NCBI GenBank assembly: GCA_963816185.1
Contig: CAWFJJ010000030.1
Coordinates: 288,001-352,000 of the forward strand
Length of the DNA: 64,000 bases
From: Thermoanaerobaculia bacterium
Lineage (GTDB): Bacteria > Acidobacteriota > Thermoanaerobaculia > UBA5066
Reading direction: 5' to 3'
The notes below the pieces were generated by a model. It was not told the origin of the DNA, did not search any database, and was given only the letters and a program-made list of their open reading frames with translations. This document shows positions 25,443-35,733 of the stretch, in pieces. Made by a program: the position numbers and the translations under genes. Each line of letters starts with the position of its first letter. The stretch's first letter is position 1.

Positions 25443-26651
25443 CTAGGGCCGCCGCATCGCGAGAACGCGGTCGGCGATCCTCTCGCCGATCGCGAGCGAG
25501 GCCGTGGCCGCCGGCGACGGGGCGTTCAGGACGTGGAGCACGCGGCCGTGCGCGACGATCCTGAAATCGTCCTCGAGGCGACCGTCGGGGCGCACCGCCT
25601 GCGCACGCACTCCGGATCCGCCGGTCTCGAGGTCCTCCGCCTTGAGGTCGGGCATGAGGCGCTGCAGGGCCTTCACGAACGCCCGTTTGTTGACGGCGCG
25701 GTACATCTCGCCGAGACCCATGCCCATGTACCGCGCGGCGAGACGCCAGAAGCCCGGGTACGTGAACGACTCCCACGCGTCGCGGAGGTCGAACGACGTC
25801 TTCGCGTAACCCTCGCGCGCGAGGGCCAGCACGGCGTTCGGACCCGCTTCGGCGCCGCCGCCGATCATTCTCGTGAAATGGACGCCGAGAAACGGAAAGC
25901 GCGGGTCGGGCACGGGATAGATGAGGTTCTTGACGAGGCCGGCGCGCGAGGGGATCAGCCGGTGATAGTCGCCGCGGAACGGCACGATCCTGAGGCCCGG
26001 GTCGGCCCCGTTCAGCCGCGCGAGCCGGTCCGACTGGAGGCCCCCGCAGTTCACCGCCAGGTCGGCCTCGATCTCCTCGCCGCCCGCGATGATCCTCACG
26101 GCGGATTCCGACGACGACAGCGTCGTGACGCGCGCGCCCGTCCGCACGCGGCCGCCGGCGCCAGCGATCAGCTCCGCGAGCTTCGCGCACACCGCGCGGT
26201 AGTCCACGATGCCCGTCTCCGGGACGTGCAGCGCGCGGATGCCCGCGGCTTGCGGCTCGATCTTTCGGTACTCCTGAGGTGCGAGCGTTCGCACGCCCAT
26301 CAAACCGTTCTCCGCCGCGCGGCGCTCGAGGTCTGCGAGGGCCGGGAGCTCGGACTCGGACGTCGCGACGACGAGCTTGCCGCAGATCTCGTGCGGAACG
26401 GAGTGCTTCTCGCAGAACTCGACGAGCAGGCGCCGCCCCTCCACGCACGTCTTCGCCTTCTCAGAGCCCGGCCTGTAGTAGAGGCCGGAGTGGATGACGC
26501 CGCTGTTGTGGCCCGTCTGGTGCGCGGCGATCCTGTCCTCCTTCTCGAGGACCACGACGGAAAGCGCCGGCGCGCGCTCGAGGAGCTTGAGGCCCGTGGC
26601 CAGGCCCACGATTCCGCCGCCGGTGATGGCGACCTCGACGCGCGACGCCAT
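25443..26651 (-). CDS. lhgO: L-2-hydroxyglutarate oxidase
   Basis: GGGIVG, HQTGHNSGVIHSGLYY, YPVPDPRFPFLGVHFT, SGVRAQA, NAPSPAATASLAIG. Confidence 0.92.
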   Translation of the reverse strand: MASRVEVAITGGGIVGLATGLKLLERAPALSVVVLEKEDRIAAHQTGHNSGVIHSGLYYRPGSEKAKTCVEGRRLLVEFCEKHSVPHEICGKLVVATSESELPALADLERRAAENGLMGVRTLAPQEYRKIEPQAAGIRALHVPETGIVDYRAVCAKLAELIAGAGGRVRTGARVTTLSSSESAVRIIAGGEEIEADLAVNCGGLQSDRLARLNGADPGLRIVPFRGDYHRLIPSRAGLVKNLIYPVPDPRFPFLGVHFTRMIGGGAEAGPNAVLALAREGYAKTSFDLRDAWESFTYPGFWRLAARYMGMGLGEMYRAVNKRAFVKALQRLMPDLKAEDLETGGSGVRAQAVRPDGRLEDDFRIVAHGRVLHVLNAPSPAATASLAIGERIADRVLAMRRP

Positions 26652-26653
26652 CG

Positions 26654-27377
26654 TCAGCGCCCGAGGAGCCCGCGCTCGTGGAACGACACGACGCTCCCGC
26701 GGCCGACGATGAGGTGGTCCTTCACCTCGATGCCGATCTCGCGGCCGGCCGAAGCGAACCGCTGCGTCGTCGCGAGGTCCTCGGGCGAAGGCTCGGGGTC
26801 GCCCGAGGGGTGGTTGTGGTACAGGATGACGCCCGCTGCGCCGGCGAGAATCGCCTGGCGGAAGAGCGGAGCGGGCGCGACCGCAGCATGGGACAGCGTG
26901 CCGCGAAACAGCGGAGCGTCCTTCACGAGCCGGTTCTTCGAGTCGAGAAGCAGACCGCCCATGACCTCCTGCGTCTCGCCCGCGAGGCGCTCCAAGAGGT
27001 AGCGGCCCACGGAGGAAGGGTCGGAGAGAAGATTTTTCTTCGAAAGTGAATCGTGTGAGAGCCTCCGCCGCGATCTCGAGGACCGCCTCGATTCGGGTCG
27101 CCTTCGCGGGGCCGATTCCAGCGGCGAGACCCGCGAGGTCACTCGCTCCGCGGGCGAAGAGGCCCGGGAAGCCGCCGTCTCTCAGGAGGTCCCGGGCCGT
27201 CTCGAGGACGGGCCTCGCGGCGGTTCCCGTGCCGAGGAGAATCGCCAGGAGCTCCTCGTCGTCGAGTGCCTCGGGACCCTTTCTGAGCATCTTCTCTCTC
27301 GGTCTCTCTTCCTTCTTCCTCTCGGCGAGTCGGCCGACCTGCGGGCCGGGCAGCCGCCGCGGGCGCCGCTCGCTCAC
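26654..27377 (-). CDS. radC: RadC/JAB-domain protein (frameshift near 27070)
   Basis: ERPREKML...ELLAILLGTG, GIGPAKA, then HNHPSGDPEPSPED and DHLIVG; GTGA overlap with the cobB stop. Confidence 0.9.
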
Positions 27378-28126
27378 GGGATGCTCTTCACGAGCGCCCT
27401 CGCGATCGCCGGCAGGACTTCCGCGGCTTTCGAGCGGAAGACGCCCGCCGCGAGCGGCGCGAGCGGCGTCTCCTCGATGTTGATCTCGAACACGTACGCT
27501 CCGCGGCGAGCCGCGAGAAGCGCGAGGGACGAAGCAGGCGCCACGACGGAAGACGTCCCGACGACGAAGAAAACGGCGCATTCCTCGGCCGCGCGCGCCG
27601 CGGCCGCCCAGACCTCCGGCGCGAGGGCTTCCCCGAACCACACGACGTCGGGCCGGAGGAGCCCGCCGCACGCGCAACGCGGAAGGGGCGGGATCTCGCC
27701 CTCGGGCGCCGCCGACCTGCGCCCGCACTCCGTGCAGCGCGCGTAGAGAAGGGTGCCGTGCAGCTCGAGCAGGTTCCGGCTTCCCGCGGCCGCGTGCAGG
27801 CCGTCCACGTTCTGCGTCACGAGCGTCATGCGAGGCAAAATGCGCTCCATGCGCGCGAGCGCGAGGTGTCCTTCGTTCGGTCGAGCGTCCCGCAGCTTCG
27901 CGAGGCGCCACGCGTAGAATCGCCAGACCTTTTCGGGGTCTTCCGCGAAGGCGTCGGGCGTCGCGAGATCCTCCGGACGATTCCCCTCCCACAGACCGCC
28001 GGGGCCCCGGAAAGTCGGAAGGCCGCTTTCGGCGGAGATGCCCGCGCCCGTCAGCACGGCGAGCGGGCGCCCGGACAGAAGCTGGGGCAGAAGGTCGAGG
28101 AGCGGCGTGAGGGACGGCTCGCTCAC
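27374..28126 (-). CDS. cobB: NAD-dependent protein deacylase (sirtuin)
   Basis: TGAGISAESGLPTFRG, TQNVDGLH, ELHG, CxxC...CxC, RPDVVWFGE, GTS. Confidence 0.92.
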   Translation of the reverse strand: MSEPSLTPLLDLLPQLLSGRPLAVLTGAGISAESGLPTFRGPGGLWEGNRPEDLATPDAFAEDPEKVWRFYAWRLAKLRDARPNEGHLALARMERILPRMTLVTQNVDGLHAAAGSRNLLELHGTLLYARCTECGRRSAAPEGEIPPLPRCACGGLLRPDVVWFGEALAPEVWAAAARAAEECAVFFVVGTSSVVAPASSLALLAARRGAYVFEINIEETPLAPLAAGVFRSKAAEVLPAIARALVKSIP

Positions 28127-28986
28127 GGCATCTCGCGTTCTCGAACGAGGCGGTCGAGACCGCGCGTCTTGAAATCCTCCGGGACGGACACGAGCGCCTC
28201 GTCGCCCCGAACTCCGGGCCGCACGACGAGATTGCGTACGCGGCGCACGGCCGTCGAACGTGCGCTCGCGGGTTTCGGCGGGGCCTCTGTCCCCGAAGGC
28301 ATTCCAGGCATCTCGGTGCTCGACGTCGACGTGACGGTGATCTCGGCGAACACAGGCAGGCCCGTCACCTTCGCGAGCTCCGCCTCGAGAGCCTCGCGCG
28401 CCTCTCCCCGCGCGGGCAGGAGGCGCGCGAGCGAGTCGAGCGGAGAAAGGGCCTCGGGCAGCTTTGCCGTCTCGACGACTCCGGTCGCCTCGGTCTTCAC
28501 GCGCGTGATGCGCCCCGGCGCCGAGAGGACGACGATCCACCCGGCCTTCAGCCGGAAGCGCGATGTCGGCCGGTCCTGGAAAGCACGCCCTTTGCCGTCG
28601 GGCCGGACGGCGACCTTCACGTCTCGGACCGCCGGCGCCGTCGCGCCCGTGTCCGAGGGCCGGCCCGAAAAGAGCGCGACGAAATCCGCGGCCGACCCGT
28701 CGGCCGCGAGCTTCTCCTGGCGGTCGAGCAGCGTGATGCCGTCCGTGCCGGAGACGACGGATGACGCGGACGAACGCGGGAACGTGCCGTGCGTAAGATC
28801 CCAGCGCGCGCGAGAGTCCCGCACGACCACCGTTCCGCCGGTCGAGACGCCTCTTTCGCCGGCGGGCGTCATGCTCCGCGTGGACTCGATGAGCTCGTAC
28901 GTGACGACCGGAGGGAATGCGGTTTTCGGCGGGACGTCGACGGCCGCCACGAGAGCTGCGGCGAAGAGGGCGAGGCGGGCCAGCAT
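28123..28986 (-). CDS. Exported hypothetical protein
   Basis: Signal-like MLARLALFAAALVAA, beta-rich body, coupled to the cobB start (GTGA). Confidence 0.65.
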   Translation of the reverse strand: MLARLALFAAALVAAVDVPPKTAFPPVVTYELIESTRSMTPAGERGVSTGGTVVVRDSRARWDLTHGTFPRSSASSVVSGTDGITLLDRQEKLAADGSAADFVALFSGRPSDTGATAPAVRDVKVAVRPDGKGRAFQDRPTSRFRLKAGWIVVLSAPGRITRVKTEATGVVETAKLPEALSPLDSLARLLPARGEAREALEAELAKVTGLPVFAEITVTSTSSTEMPGMPSGTEAPPKPASARSTAVRRVRNLVVRPGVRGDEALVSVPEDFKTRGLDRLVREREMP

Positions 28987-29051
28987 CTCGGAGGATGATC
29001 TCACGTCCCGCGCGGTGGACGCGGCTCGAAGCGGCGGCGAGAATGTGAGCC

Positions 29052-30767
29052 ATGGAACCGATCAGCGGGATCACCGCGCGCTCCGACCGCGATGGAATCC
29101 TGAGGAGGATCAAGCTCGTGGGCGAGCCTGAGGCGATGGCCTGGGTGGCCCGAACCCTGTCGGCCGGGGGCCTCCTCGTCGAGCGGCACGACGAGAAGGA
29201 GATCACCGACCCGGACTTCTTCTCGCACTGGCCCCTCGTCTGGGTGACGAGACCCGAGGCCTTCGGGCGCGGCTTCGTCGGGGAGAGGCCGGCGATCCTC
29301 GACATCGCTCCCCACCCTCCCCCCTGCCTCGTCGTGGTGCCGCCCGGCGCCGAGATCACGGATCAGCTCGTACGGCGCATCCGGCTCGAGTCCTTCGAGC
29401 TCGTGCGCGAACGCGACGAAGGGCCTCTTCTCGCGATGCGGCTCGAACGGCTTCTCCTTCTCCAGCGTCGCCGCTCGCAGGAGCACGAGGACGCGTTCAA
29501 GGAGCGGCTCCGCGCCGAAGCGAAACGCAACGACATTCTCGCGTCGATCGCCCTCGCCTCCAGGGACTCGCTCAACCTCGAGGAGGTGCTCGGCGCCGCG
29601 ACATCGCTCCTCGGCACCCGGTTCGCCGCGAATTCGGTCGAAATCTGGTTCCTGAACGAGGATGCGACCTCGTGCACGGTTTTCATGGACTGGCGGCACG
29701 GAGACGCCGGGTCGTCCCTCGTCGGATACGAGCGTCCGCTGCCCGACAGCGAGCCGTTTCGGGCGCTCGTCTCGTCGCGCCAGCCGTACGTCGTCTCCGA
29801 CCGGAACGAGCTCGATCCCGCGTCGTTCGAGTTCGCCGCTCTCGAAGCGCTCGGCGCGACGAGCCTCGTGGGCATCCCGATTCACCGCGAGAGCGAGATG
29901 ATCGGCGTCCTCGGCATGTCGTGGGTCGACCCCCGCGCCTTCCCGCCCGACGAGATCGTTTTCTTCGGGCGCGTCGCCGACCAGCTCGCCCTCGCGATCC
30001 GCGCGGCGCGCCTCTACGGAAACCTGCAGAGCCAGCTCGAGGCTCTCGCTCTGGAGCAGCGGCGCCGCGAGCTCGCCGACCATGACCGGAGCCGGCTCAC
30101 CGCGATGCTCGTGCACGACATGAAGAACCCGCTCTCGGCGCTCTCGGCCGCGCTCGAGCTCACGCGCGACAAGGAGCGGCGGACGGGCGACGTCCGGCTC
30201 GCGAAGATGCTCGACGGCTCGCTGGCTTCGGCGCGCGGCCTGCAGGGGCTGATCGAGGATGCCCTCCTGGTCTACCGCCCCGCGGACGCCCCGGAGACCG
30301 AAAAGCGCCCGACCTCTCCCGCCGATGCGCTCGCGCTGCCGCTCGAGGAGGCTCGTTGGCTCGCGGTCGCGCGCCACGTGACCGTCGAAGCCGACGTGCC
30401 GAAGGGACTCCCGAACGTGCCGCTCGATCTCGCGATGTTCCGGCGCGCCGCGGCGAATCTCCTCGGAAACGCCGTGAAGTTCAGCCCTCCCGGGGGCGTC
30501 GTGCGCGTGAAGGGCGAAATCGTCCCGGACGAGGGCCGGCCTTTCCTGCGCATCTCCGTCACGGACCAGGGCCCGGGCTTTCCCGCGGCGGAGAAGTCGC
30601 GCATCGCGACGCCCTATCTGAGGTTCCAGGGCAGCGAGAAGGTGCCCGGCACCGGCCTGGGCCTCACCGTCGTCCAGAAGGTCCTGCAGGCCCACCGGGG
30701 CCGCCTCGACGTCGCGAACAACGACGACGGCCCCGGCTCGACGTTCACGCTCTGGATTCCGGCCTGA
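29052..30767 (+). CDS. GAF-domain sensor histidine kinase
   Basis: GAF region; H-box VHDMKNPL; NLLGNAVKF, DQGPG, GTGLGL. Confidence 0.9.
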   Translation: MEPISGITARSDRDGILRRIKLVGEPEAMAWVARTLSAGGLLVERHDEKEITDPDFFSHWPLVWVTRPEAFGRGFVGERPAILDIAPHPPPCLVVVPPGAEITDQLVRRIRLESFELVRERDEGPLLAMRLERLLLLQRRRSQEHEDAFKERLRAEAKRNDILASIALASRDSLNLEEVLGAATSLLGTRFAANSVEIWFLNEDATSCTVFMDWRHGDAGSSLVGYERPLPDSEPFRALVSSRQPYVVSDRNELDPASFEFAALEALGATSLVGIPIHRESEMIGVLGMSWVDPRAFPPDEIVFFGRVADQLALAIRAARLYGNLQSQLEALALEQRRRELADHDRSRLTAMLVHDMKNPLSALSAALELTRDKERRTGDVRLAKMLDGSLASARGLQGLIEDALLVYRPADAPETEKRPTSPADALALPLEEARWLAVARHVTVEADVPKGLPNVPLDLAMFRRAAANLLGNAVKFSPPGGVVRVKGEIVPDEGRPFLRISVTDQGPGFPAAEKSRIATPYLRFQGSEKVPGTGLGLTVVQKVLQAHRGRLDVANNDDGPGSTFTLWIPA

Positions 30768-30824
30768 GCGGCCGCACGGCGTGAACCCCTAAGGGCCTCT
30801 CTGCGTACTTAAGCTCGAAGCCTC

Positions 30825-32084
30825 ATGTCGAAAAAGCTGAAGATCACCCTTCTCGTCGCCGGCGGGCTCGTCGTCGTTGGCGGAGGCGTGGCGGCCTACT
30901 CCTCCCGGAACCGAGGGGTCGTCCCCGTCATCGCGGCGAAGGTGGAAACCCAGGACATAGTCGCCAAGGTCACCGCGAACGGCAAGATCCAGGCGGCGAA
31001 CAGGGTCGAGCTCTCCGCCCTGGTCATGGGCCAGATCGTCAACCTGAGGGTCAGGGAGGGGGACCGCGTCAAGAAGGGAGACTTCCTCCTCCAGATCGAC
31101 CGGAACCGGGCGGCGGCCGACGAGGCCGGCTCGGCAGCCGCGCTCCTGGCCAGCGGGAACGACCGCGATTCGGCGAAGACCGCGATGGAGCAGGCCGAGC
31201 GCGACTTCCAGCGGACCCGCGTCAACTACGAGGGCAAGATCGCCTCGGAATCCGACTTCGAGAAAGCCCGTTCGACCCTCGAGGGCGCGCGCGCGGCGTA
31301 CGCGGCGGCGCGCAACCGGGTCGATCAGACCCGCGCGGGCCTCACGGCGAACCGCGACACCCTGTCGAAGACGACGGTCCTCTCCCCGATCGACGGGATC
31401 GTGACGACCCTGAGGGTGAAGGCGGGAGAGGTCACGGTGATCGGCACGATGAACAACGCCGGCACCCAGCTGATGACGATCTCCGACATGTCGATCGTCC
31501 AGGCGGTCCTGATGGTGGACGAGACCGACACGACGGCCGTCCAGCTCGGCCAGAAGGCGCTCCTGACGATCGACGCCTACCCCGACAAGACGTTCGAAGG
31601 GATCGTCACGGAGGTCGGGAACTCGCCGATCCTGAAGGACGACGCTGACCTCCAGGGGCTCACGACTACCTCCGACGCCATCAACTTCAAGGTGAAGGTG
31701 AACCTAGTCCAGCCGCCGCCGCGCATCAGGCCCGGCTTCTCGGTGACGGCCGACATCATCACCGGGAACAAGGCCAAGGTGACCGCGGTCCCGCTCGCCG
31801 CCGTCGTCGTCCGGGACTCGCCCAAGGGGGAGAAGACCGGCTCCGGGAAGCTGAAGACCGAGCAAGGGGTCTACGCGATCAAGGATGGGAAGGTCTCCTT
31901 CGTCCTGATCAGGACCGGCCTGACCGGCGAGCTAATGGTCGAGGTGGACGGGGTGAAGCCCGGGCAGCAGATCGTCACGGGGCCGTTCAAGGCCCTTCGG
32001 CAGGTCAAGGAAGGAGACCGGGTCAAGGTGATGTCCGAGAAGGAGAAGAAGGCCGCCGAGGCGCAGGGACCGGGGACGACGTAG
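30825..32084 (+). CDS. MacA/HlyD-type periplasmic adaptor
   Basis: TM anchor, VREGDRVKKGD, SPIDGIV, VDETD, RPGFSVTA. Confidence 0.9.
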   Translation: MSKKLKITLLVAGGLVVVGGGVAAYSSRNRGVVPVIAAKVETQDIVAKVTANGKIQAANRVELSALVMGQIVNLRVREGDRVKKGDFLLQIDRNRAAADEAGSAAALLASGNDRDSAKTAMEQAERDFQRTRVNYEGKIASESDFEKARSTLEGARAAYAAARNRVDQTRAGLTANRDTLSKTTVLSPIDGIVTTLRVKAGEVTVIGTMNNAGTQLMTISDMSIVQAVLMVDETDTTAVQLGQKALLTIDAYPDKTFEGIVTEVGNSPILKDDADLQGLTTTSDAINFKVKVNLVQPPPRIRPGFSVTADIITGNKAKVTAVPLAAVVVRDSPKGEKTGSGKLKTEQGVYAIKDGKVSFVLIRTGLTGELMVEVDGVKPGQQIVTGPFKALRQVKEGDRVKVMSEKEKKAAEAQGPGTT

Positions 32085-32095
32085 CGGGGCGAGGC

Positions 32096-33310
32096 GTGAC
32101 CTTCTCCGAGCTCTTCTCGATCGTCTTCGACGCGCTCCACCTCAACAAGCTGAGGTCGGGGCTGACCCTTCTGGGCGTGATCATCGGCGTCACGACGGTC
32201 GTCTCGGTCCTGTCGATCATTACCGGCCTGAACGACTACGTGATGAGCAAGGTGATCAACCTGAACCCGGACGTCATCGTCTTCACGAAGTACGGAATCA
32301 TCCGGAGCCGGCAGGAGTTCATCCTGGCACAGAAGCGCAAGCCGATCACGATGCGTGAGATGAAGCTCGTGAAGTCCGAGTGCCTCTCCTGCGGGGCCGT
32401 CGGGGCTCAGGGCGATCAGATCGCGAACGTGAAATCGGGCGGCCGGAAGCTCTCCGGCGTACCCGTGACCGGCTACACCGCGAACACGCTCACGCTCCTG
32501 AACATCGACCTCGAGGCCGGCCGCTTCTTCACGCCCGCCGAGGAGGACCACTCGGCCGCGGTCGCCGTCATCGGGTACGACGTGAAGGACCAGCTTTTCC
32601 CAACGCTCGATCCGCTGGGCCGCACGATCATGCTCAACGGCTACCCCCTGCGCGTCATCGGCCTGCAGAGCAAGCTCGGCAACGTGCTCGGGCAGAACCG
32701 CGACAAGGTCGTCCTCGTCCCCCTTTCGTTTCTCCAGAAGGTGATGACGTCGAACCAGGGGATCTCGATCCTCGTCCGCCCGGTCACCGGCATGAAGGGG
32801 CTGGATGAGGCCGAGAGCGAGGTCAGGACCATCCTTCGCTCGCTGCGCAGGACCCCGTTCCGCACCGAGGACCCGTTCGGCGTGGTCGGCGCCGAGGCGA
32901 TCCAGTCGCTCTGGCGCTCCATCTCGGCGGGAGCGTTCGCGCTGATGGTCCTGATCTCGGGCATCTGCCTCGTCGTCGGCGCGATCGTGATCGCGAACAT
33001 CATGTTCGTATCGGTCGTCGAGCGAACGAAGGAGATCGGCCTGAGGATGGCGCTCGGGGCCCGGCGGCGTGACATCCGCCGGCAGTTCCTCCTCGAGTCG
33101 GCCGTTCTCGCGACGCTCGGCGGAGCCGTCGGCGTTCTCGGGGGCGCGCTGGTGGCTCTGGCTGTGAGCCAGATCTTCCCGGCGGAGGTGAAGCTCCACT
33201 TCGTGCTCCTCGGGCTCGTCACCTCCACGCTCACGGGCGTGCTGGCGGGGCTCGCTCCCGCCTCGGCGGCCTCCAAGCTGACGCCGATCGACGCTCTCCG
33301 GTATGAGTGA
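32096..33310 (+). CDS. MacB/FtsX-family ABC permease
   Basis: NKLRSGLTLLGVIIG, NIMFVSVVERTKEIGLRMALGA, PIDALRYE. Confidence 0.92.
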   Translation: MTFSELFSIVFDALHLNKLRSGLTLLGVIIGVTTVVSVLSIITGLNDYVMSKVINLNPDVIVFTKYGIIRSRQEFILAQKRKPITMREMKLVKSECLSCGAVGAQGDQIANVKSGGRKLSGVPVTGYTANTLTLLNIDLEAGRFFTPAEEDHSAAVAVIGYDVKDQLFPTLDPLGRTIMLNGYPLRVIGLQSKLGNVLGQNRDKVVLVPLSFLQKVMTSNQGISILVRPVTGMKGLDEAESEVRTILRSLRRTPFRTEDPFGVVGAEAIQSLWRSISAGAFALMVLISGICLVVGAIVIANIMFVSVVERTKEIGLRMALGARRRDIRRQFLLESAVLATLGGAVGVLGGALVALAVSQIFPAEVKLHFVLLGLVTSTLTGVLAGLAPASAASKLTPIDALRYE

Positions 33311-33319
33311 GGCGGTGCC

Positions 33320-34591
33320 GTGAACTTCCTGATGGCCGTCCTGAGGCGCGGTTTCGGCTCGAACGTCCGGTTCGCGGCGAGCTCCATCCTGGAGCACAAG
33401 CTCCGGTCGGGGCTGACGATCCTCGGGATCGTGGTCGGCGTGACCACGGTCATCGCCATGGTGGCGATCGTGACGGGCTTCAACAACAACGTGATCGGGA
33501 ACTTGCAGGCCTTCGGCGCGAACCGGGTCGAGTTCCAGAAATACGAGGACCGTTTCGGCCCCGGCGGACCTCTGAACGACGAAGAGCGGCGGCGACGGAA
33601 CCTGACGGTGGAGGACGCCGAAGCGCTGCGCAAGGAGGTGCCCGAGGCCAAGGCGGTCTCGACGCTCTGCGCCTACGATGACGCCGAGGTCAAGGTGAAG
33701 AACGGCAATCTCCTGGCCAACAGCCCCTACGTCCTCGCCTCGGACGAGTTCTACCCCGCCGCCACCGCGTACGAGGTCGGCAAGGGCCGCTTCTACACGT
33801 CGACGGAGGTCGCGCACAACGCGCCCGTGGCCGTGCTGGGTTCGGACGTGGAGGAGGCGATCTTCCCGAGCGAGGACCCGATCGGCAAGGACATCACGGT
33901 GAACGGAACCCGGTACCGCGTGGTGGGCATCCTGGCAAAGAAGGGGGCGCAGTTCGGCTACTCGCCCGACAACAAGATCGTCCTGCCGACGGGAACGTTC
34001 GCGCGGCAGTTCGGCTTTCGGCTGAAGCGCGACGGCGTAAGGCTCTGGGTCTTGCCGAGGCGCACTGAGGACCTCGAGAAGGTCATCGACAAGTGCGTCT
34101 CGGTCCTTCGGATGCGCCGGAAAGTGCCCTTCAACAAGCCGAACGACTTCGCCATCATCACGCCCGACCAGCTCATCTCGCAATTCCGGGCCATCACCGG
34201 AGGCGTGACGGGGGCGATGGTCTTCATCGCGCTGATCTCGCTCGTCATCGGGGGCGTCGGCGTGATGAACATCATGCTCGTCTCGGTGACGCAACGGACT
34301 CGGGAGATCGGCATTCGAAAGGCCGTCGGCGCGCTGAAGCGCGACATCGTTCTCCAGTTCCTCGTGGAGGCGATCACGCTCACGAGCGTGGGCGGCGCCA
34401 TCGGTGTGGCCCTGGGAGTCCTCATCTCGGTGGGGGTCAAGGCCCTCGTTCCTTCCCTCCCCACCTCCGTTCCCCTTTGGTCCCCGATTCTGGGCCTGGC
34501 GGTCTCGATGAGCGTCGGGATCTTCTTCGGCGCCTACCCGGCGGTGAAAGCCTCGCGGCTCGACCCGATCGAGGCGCTCCGGTACGAGTAG
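33320..34591 (+). CDS. MacB/FtsX-family ABC permease
   Basis: HKLRSGLTILGIVVG, GGVGVMNIMLVSVTQRTREIGIRKAVGA, DPIEALRYE. Confidence 0.92.
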   Translation: MNFLMAVLRRGFGSNVRFAASSILEHKLRSGLTILGIVVGVTTVIAMVAIVTGFNNNVIGNLQAFGANRVEFQKYEDRFGPGGPLNDEERRRRNLTVEDAEALRKEVPEAKAVSTLCAYDDAEVKVKNGNLLANSPYVLASDEFYPAATAYEVGKGRFYTSTEVAHNAPVAVLGSDVEEAIFPSEDPIGKDITVNGTRYRVVGILAKKGAQFGYSPDNKIVLPTGTFARQFGFRLKRDGVRLWVLPRRTEDLEKVIDKCVSVLRMRRKVPFNKPNDFAIITPDQLISQFRAITGGVTGAMVFIALISLVIGGVGVMNIMLVSVTQRTREIGIRKAVGALKRDIVLQFLVEAITLTSVGGAIGVALGVLISVGVKALVPSLPTSVPLWSPILGLAVSMSVGIFFGAYPAVKASRLDPIEALRYE

Positions 34592-34609
34592 AGGCGTCTC
34601 TTCGGCATC

Positions 34610-35644
34610 TCAGGCCACCTTCAGCACGATCTTCCCGAAGGCCGCCCCCGAAGCCATTCGTTCGTAAGCCTTGCGGGCGTCGGCGAGCGGAAACACGCTG
34701 TCGACGACGGGATCGATCCGGCCGGCCTCCACCGCTTTCAGCATCGCCGAGAATTCCGCGTCCGTGCCCATCGTGGACCCGAGGATCGTGAGCTGCTTCC
34801 AGAAGATGATGCGAATCTCCTCCTCGGGATTCGGGCCCGAAGTCGCCCCGCACGTGACGATTCGCCCCTTCTTCGCGGCCGCGGTGAGCGAGTGCCGCCA
34901 CGTGGCCGCGCCGACCGAGTCGACGACGACGTCCACGCCGCGCTTCCCCGTCAGCTCGCGGATCGCCTTGCCGACGTCCGCCGTCCTGTAGTCGATCGTC
35001 TCGTCGGCTCCGAGCTCGCGCGCCTTCTTGAGCTTCTCCTCCGAGGAGGACGTCACGAAGACGCGGGAGGCTCCGCACAGCTTCGCGATCTGCACGGCGA
35101 AAGTCGAGACGCCTCCGCCGACTCCGTGCACGAGCACGGTCTCCCCCGGCCGGAGGGCGGCGCGCGTCACGAGCATGCGCCACGCCGTGAGCCCCACGAG
35201 CGGAAACGCGGCGGCCTTCTCGGGAGAGAGGCGGCTCGGCGCCGGGTAGACGTTCGCCCGCGGCACGGCGATCTTCTCGGCGAACGTGCCGGGGACGTGC
35301 TCGCCGAGGATCCGGAAGCTCACGCACAGGCTGCGCTCGCCGGCAAGGCAGAACTCGCAGGTCCCGCATGAGAGACCGGGCTGCAGGACGACCCGAGACC
35401 CGGGCGCGGGGCCTTTCACGCCGGCTCCGAGCGCCTCGACGACTCCCGTCCCGTCCGCGCCCGGCACGTGCGGAAAAGTCACGGGCACTCCGGGGATGCC
35501 GTTCCTCACGAACACGTCGAGGCCGTTGAGAGCGGCCGCTTCGATCCTCACGAGCACCTCGCCGGCGCCCGGTACGGGGTCGGGCCGCTCGCCGAAGGTG
35601 AGGACGTCGTTGCTGCCGTGCGCGGTCAAGAAGACTGCTTTCAT
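34610..35644 (-). CDS. Zn-binding alcohol dehydrogenase / MDR family oxidoreductase
   Basis: CGTCEFC...C structural Zn site, HGVGGGVS, AFGKIVL. Confidence 0.9.
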   Translation of the reverse strand: MKAVFLTAHGSNDVLTFGERPDPVPGAGEVLVRIEAAALNGLDVFVRNGIPGVPVTFPHVPGADGTGVVEALGAGVKGPAPGSRVVLQPGLSCGTCEFCLAGERSLCVSFRILGEHVPGTFAEKIAVPRANVYPAPSRLSPEKAAAFPLVGLTAWRMLVTRAALRPGETVLVHGVGGGVSTFAVQIAKLCGASRVFVTSSSEEKLKKARELGADETIDYRTADVGKAIRELTGKRGVDVVVDSVGAATWRHSLTAAAKKGRIVTCGATSGPNPEEEIRIIFWKQLTILGSTMGTDAEFSAMLKAVEAGRIDPVVDSVFPLADARKAYERMASGAAFGKIVLKVA

Positions 35645-35733
35645 CGCTGCCTCCGCTCGGTCGAGATTAGCCGATGGCCGCGTCGGTCATAATGCAAGGC
35701 TCCGGCGCTCTCTCGCGCCCGGAAAGGAGCCGC

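Noticed and set aside
25443-27992. 849-aa RadC-LhgO fusion ORF
   Set aside because: Artefact of the radC frameshift; lhgO has its own ATG at 26651.
26654-28126. Sirtuin plus JAB domain as an anti-phage system
   Set aside because: Both look like ordinary CobB and full-length RadC in a housekeeping operon, with no defence partners.
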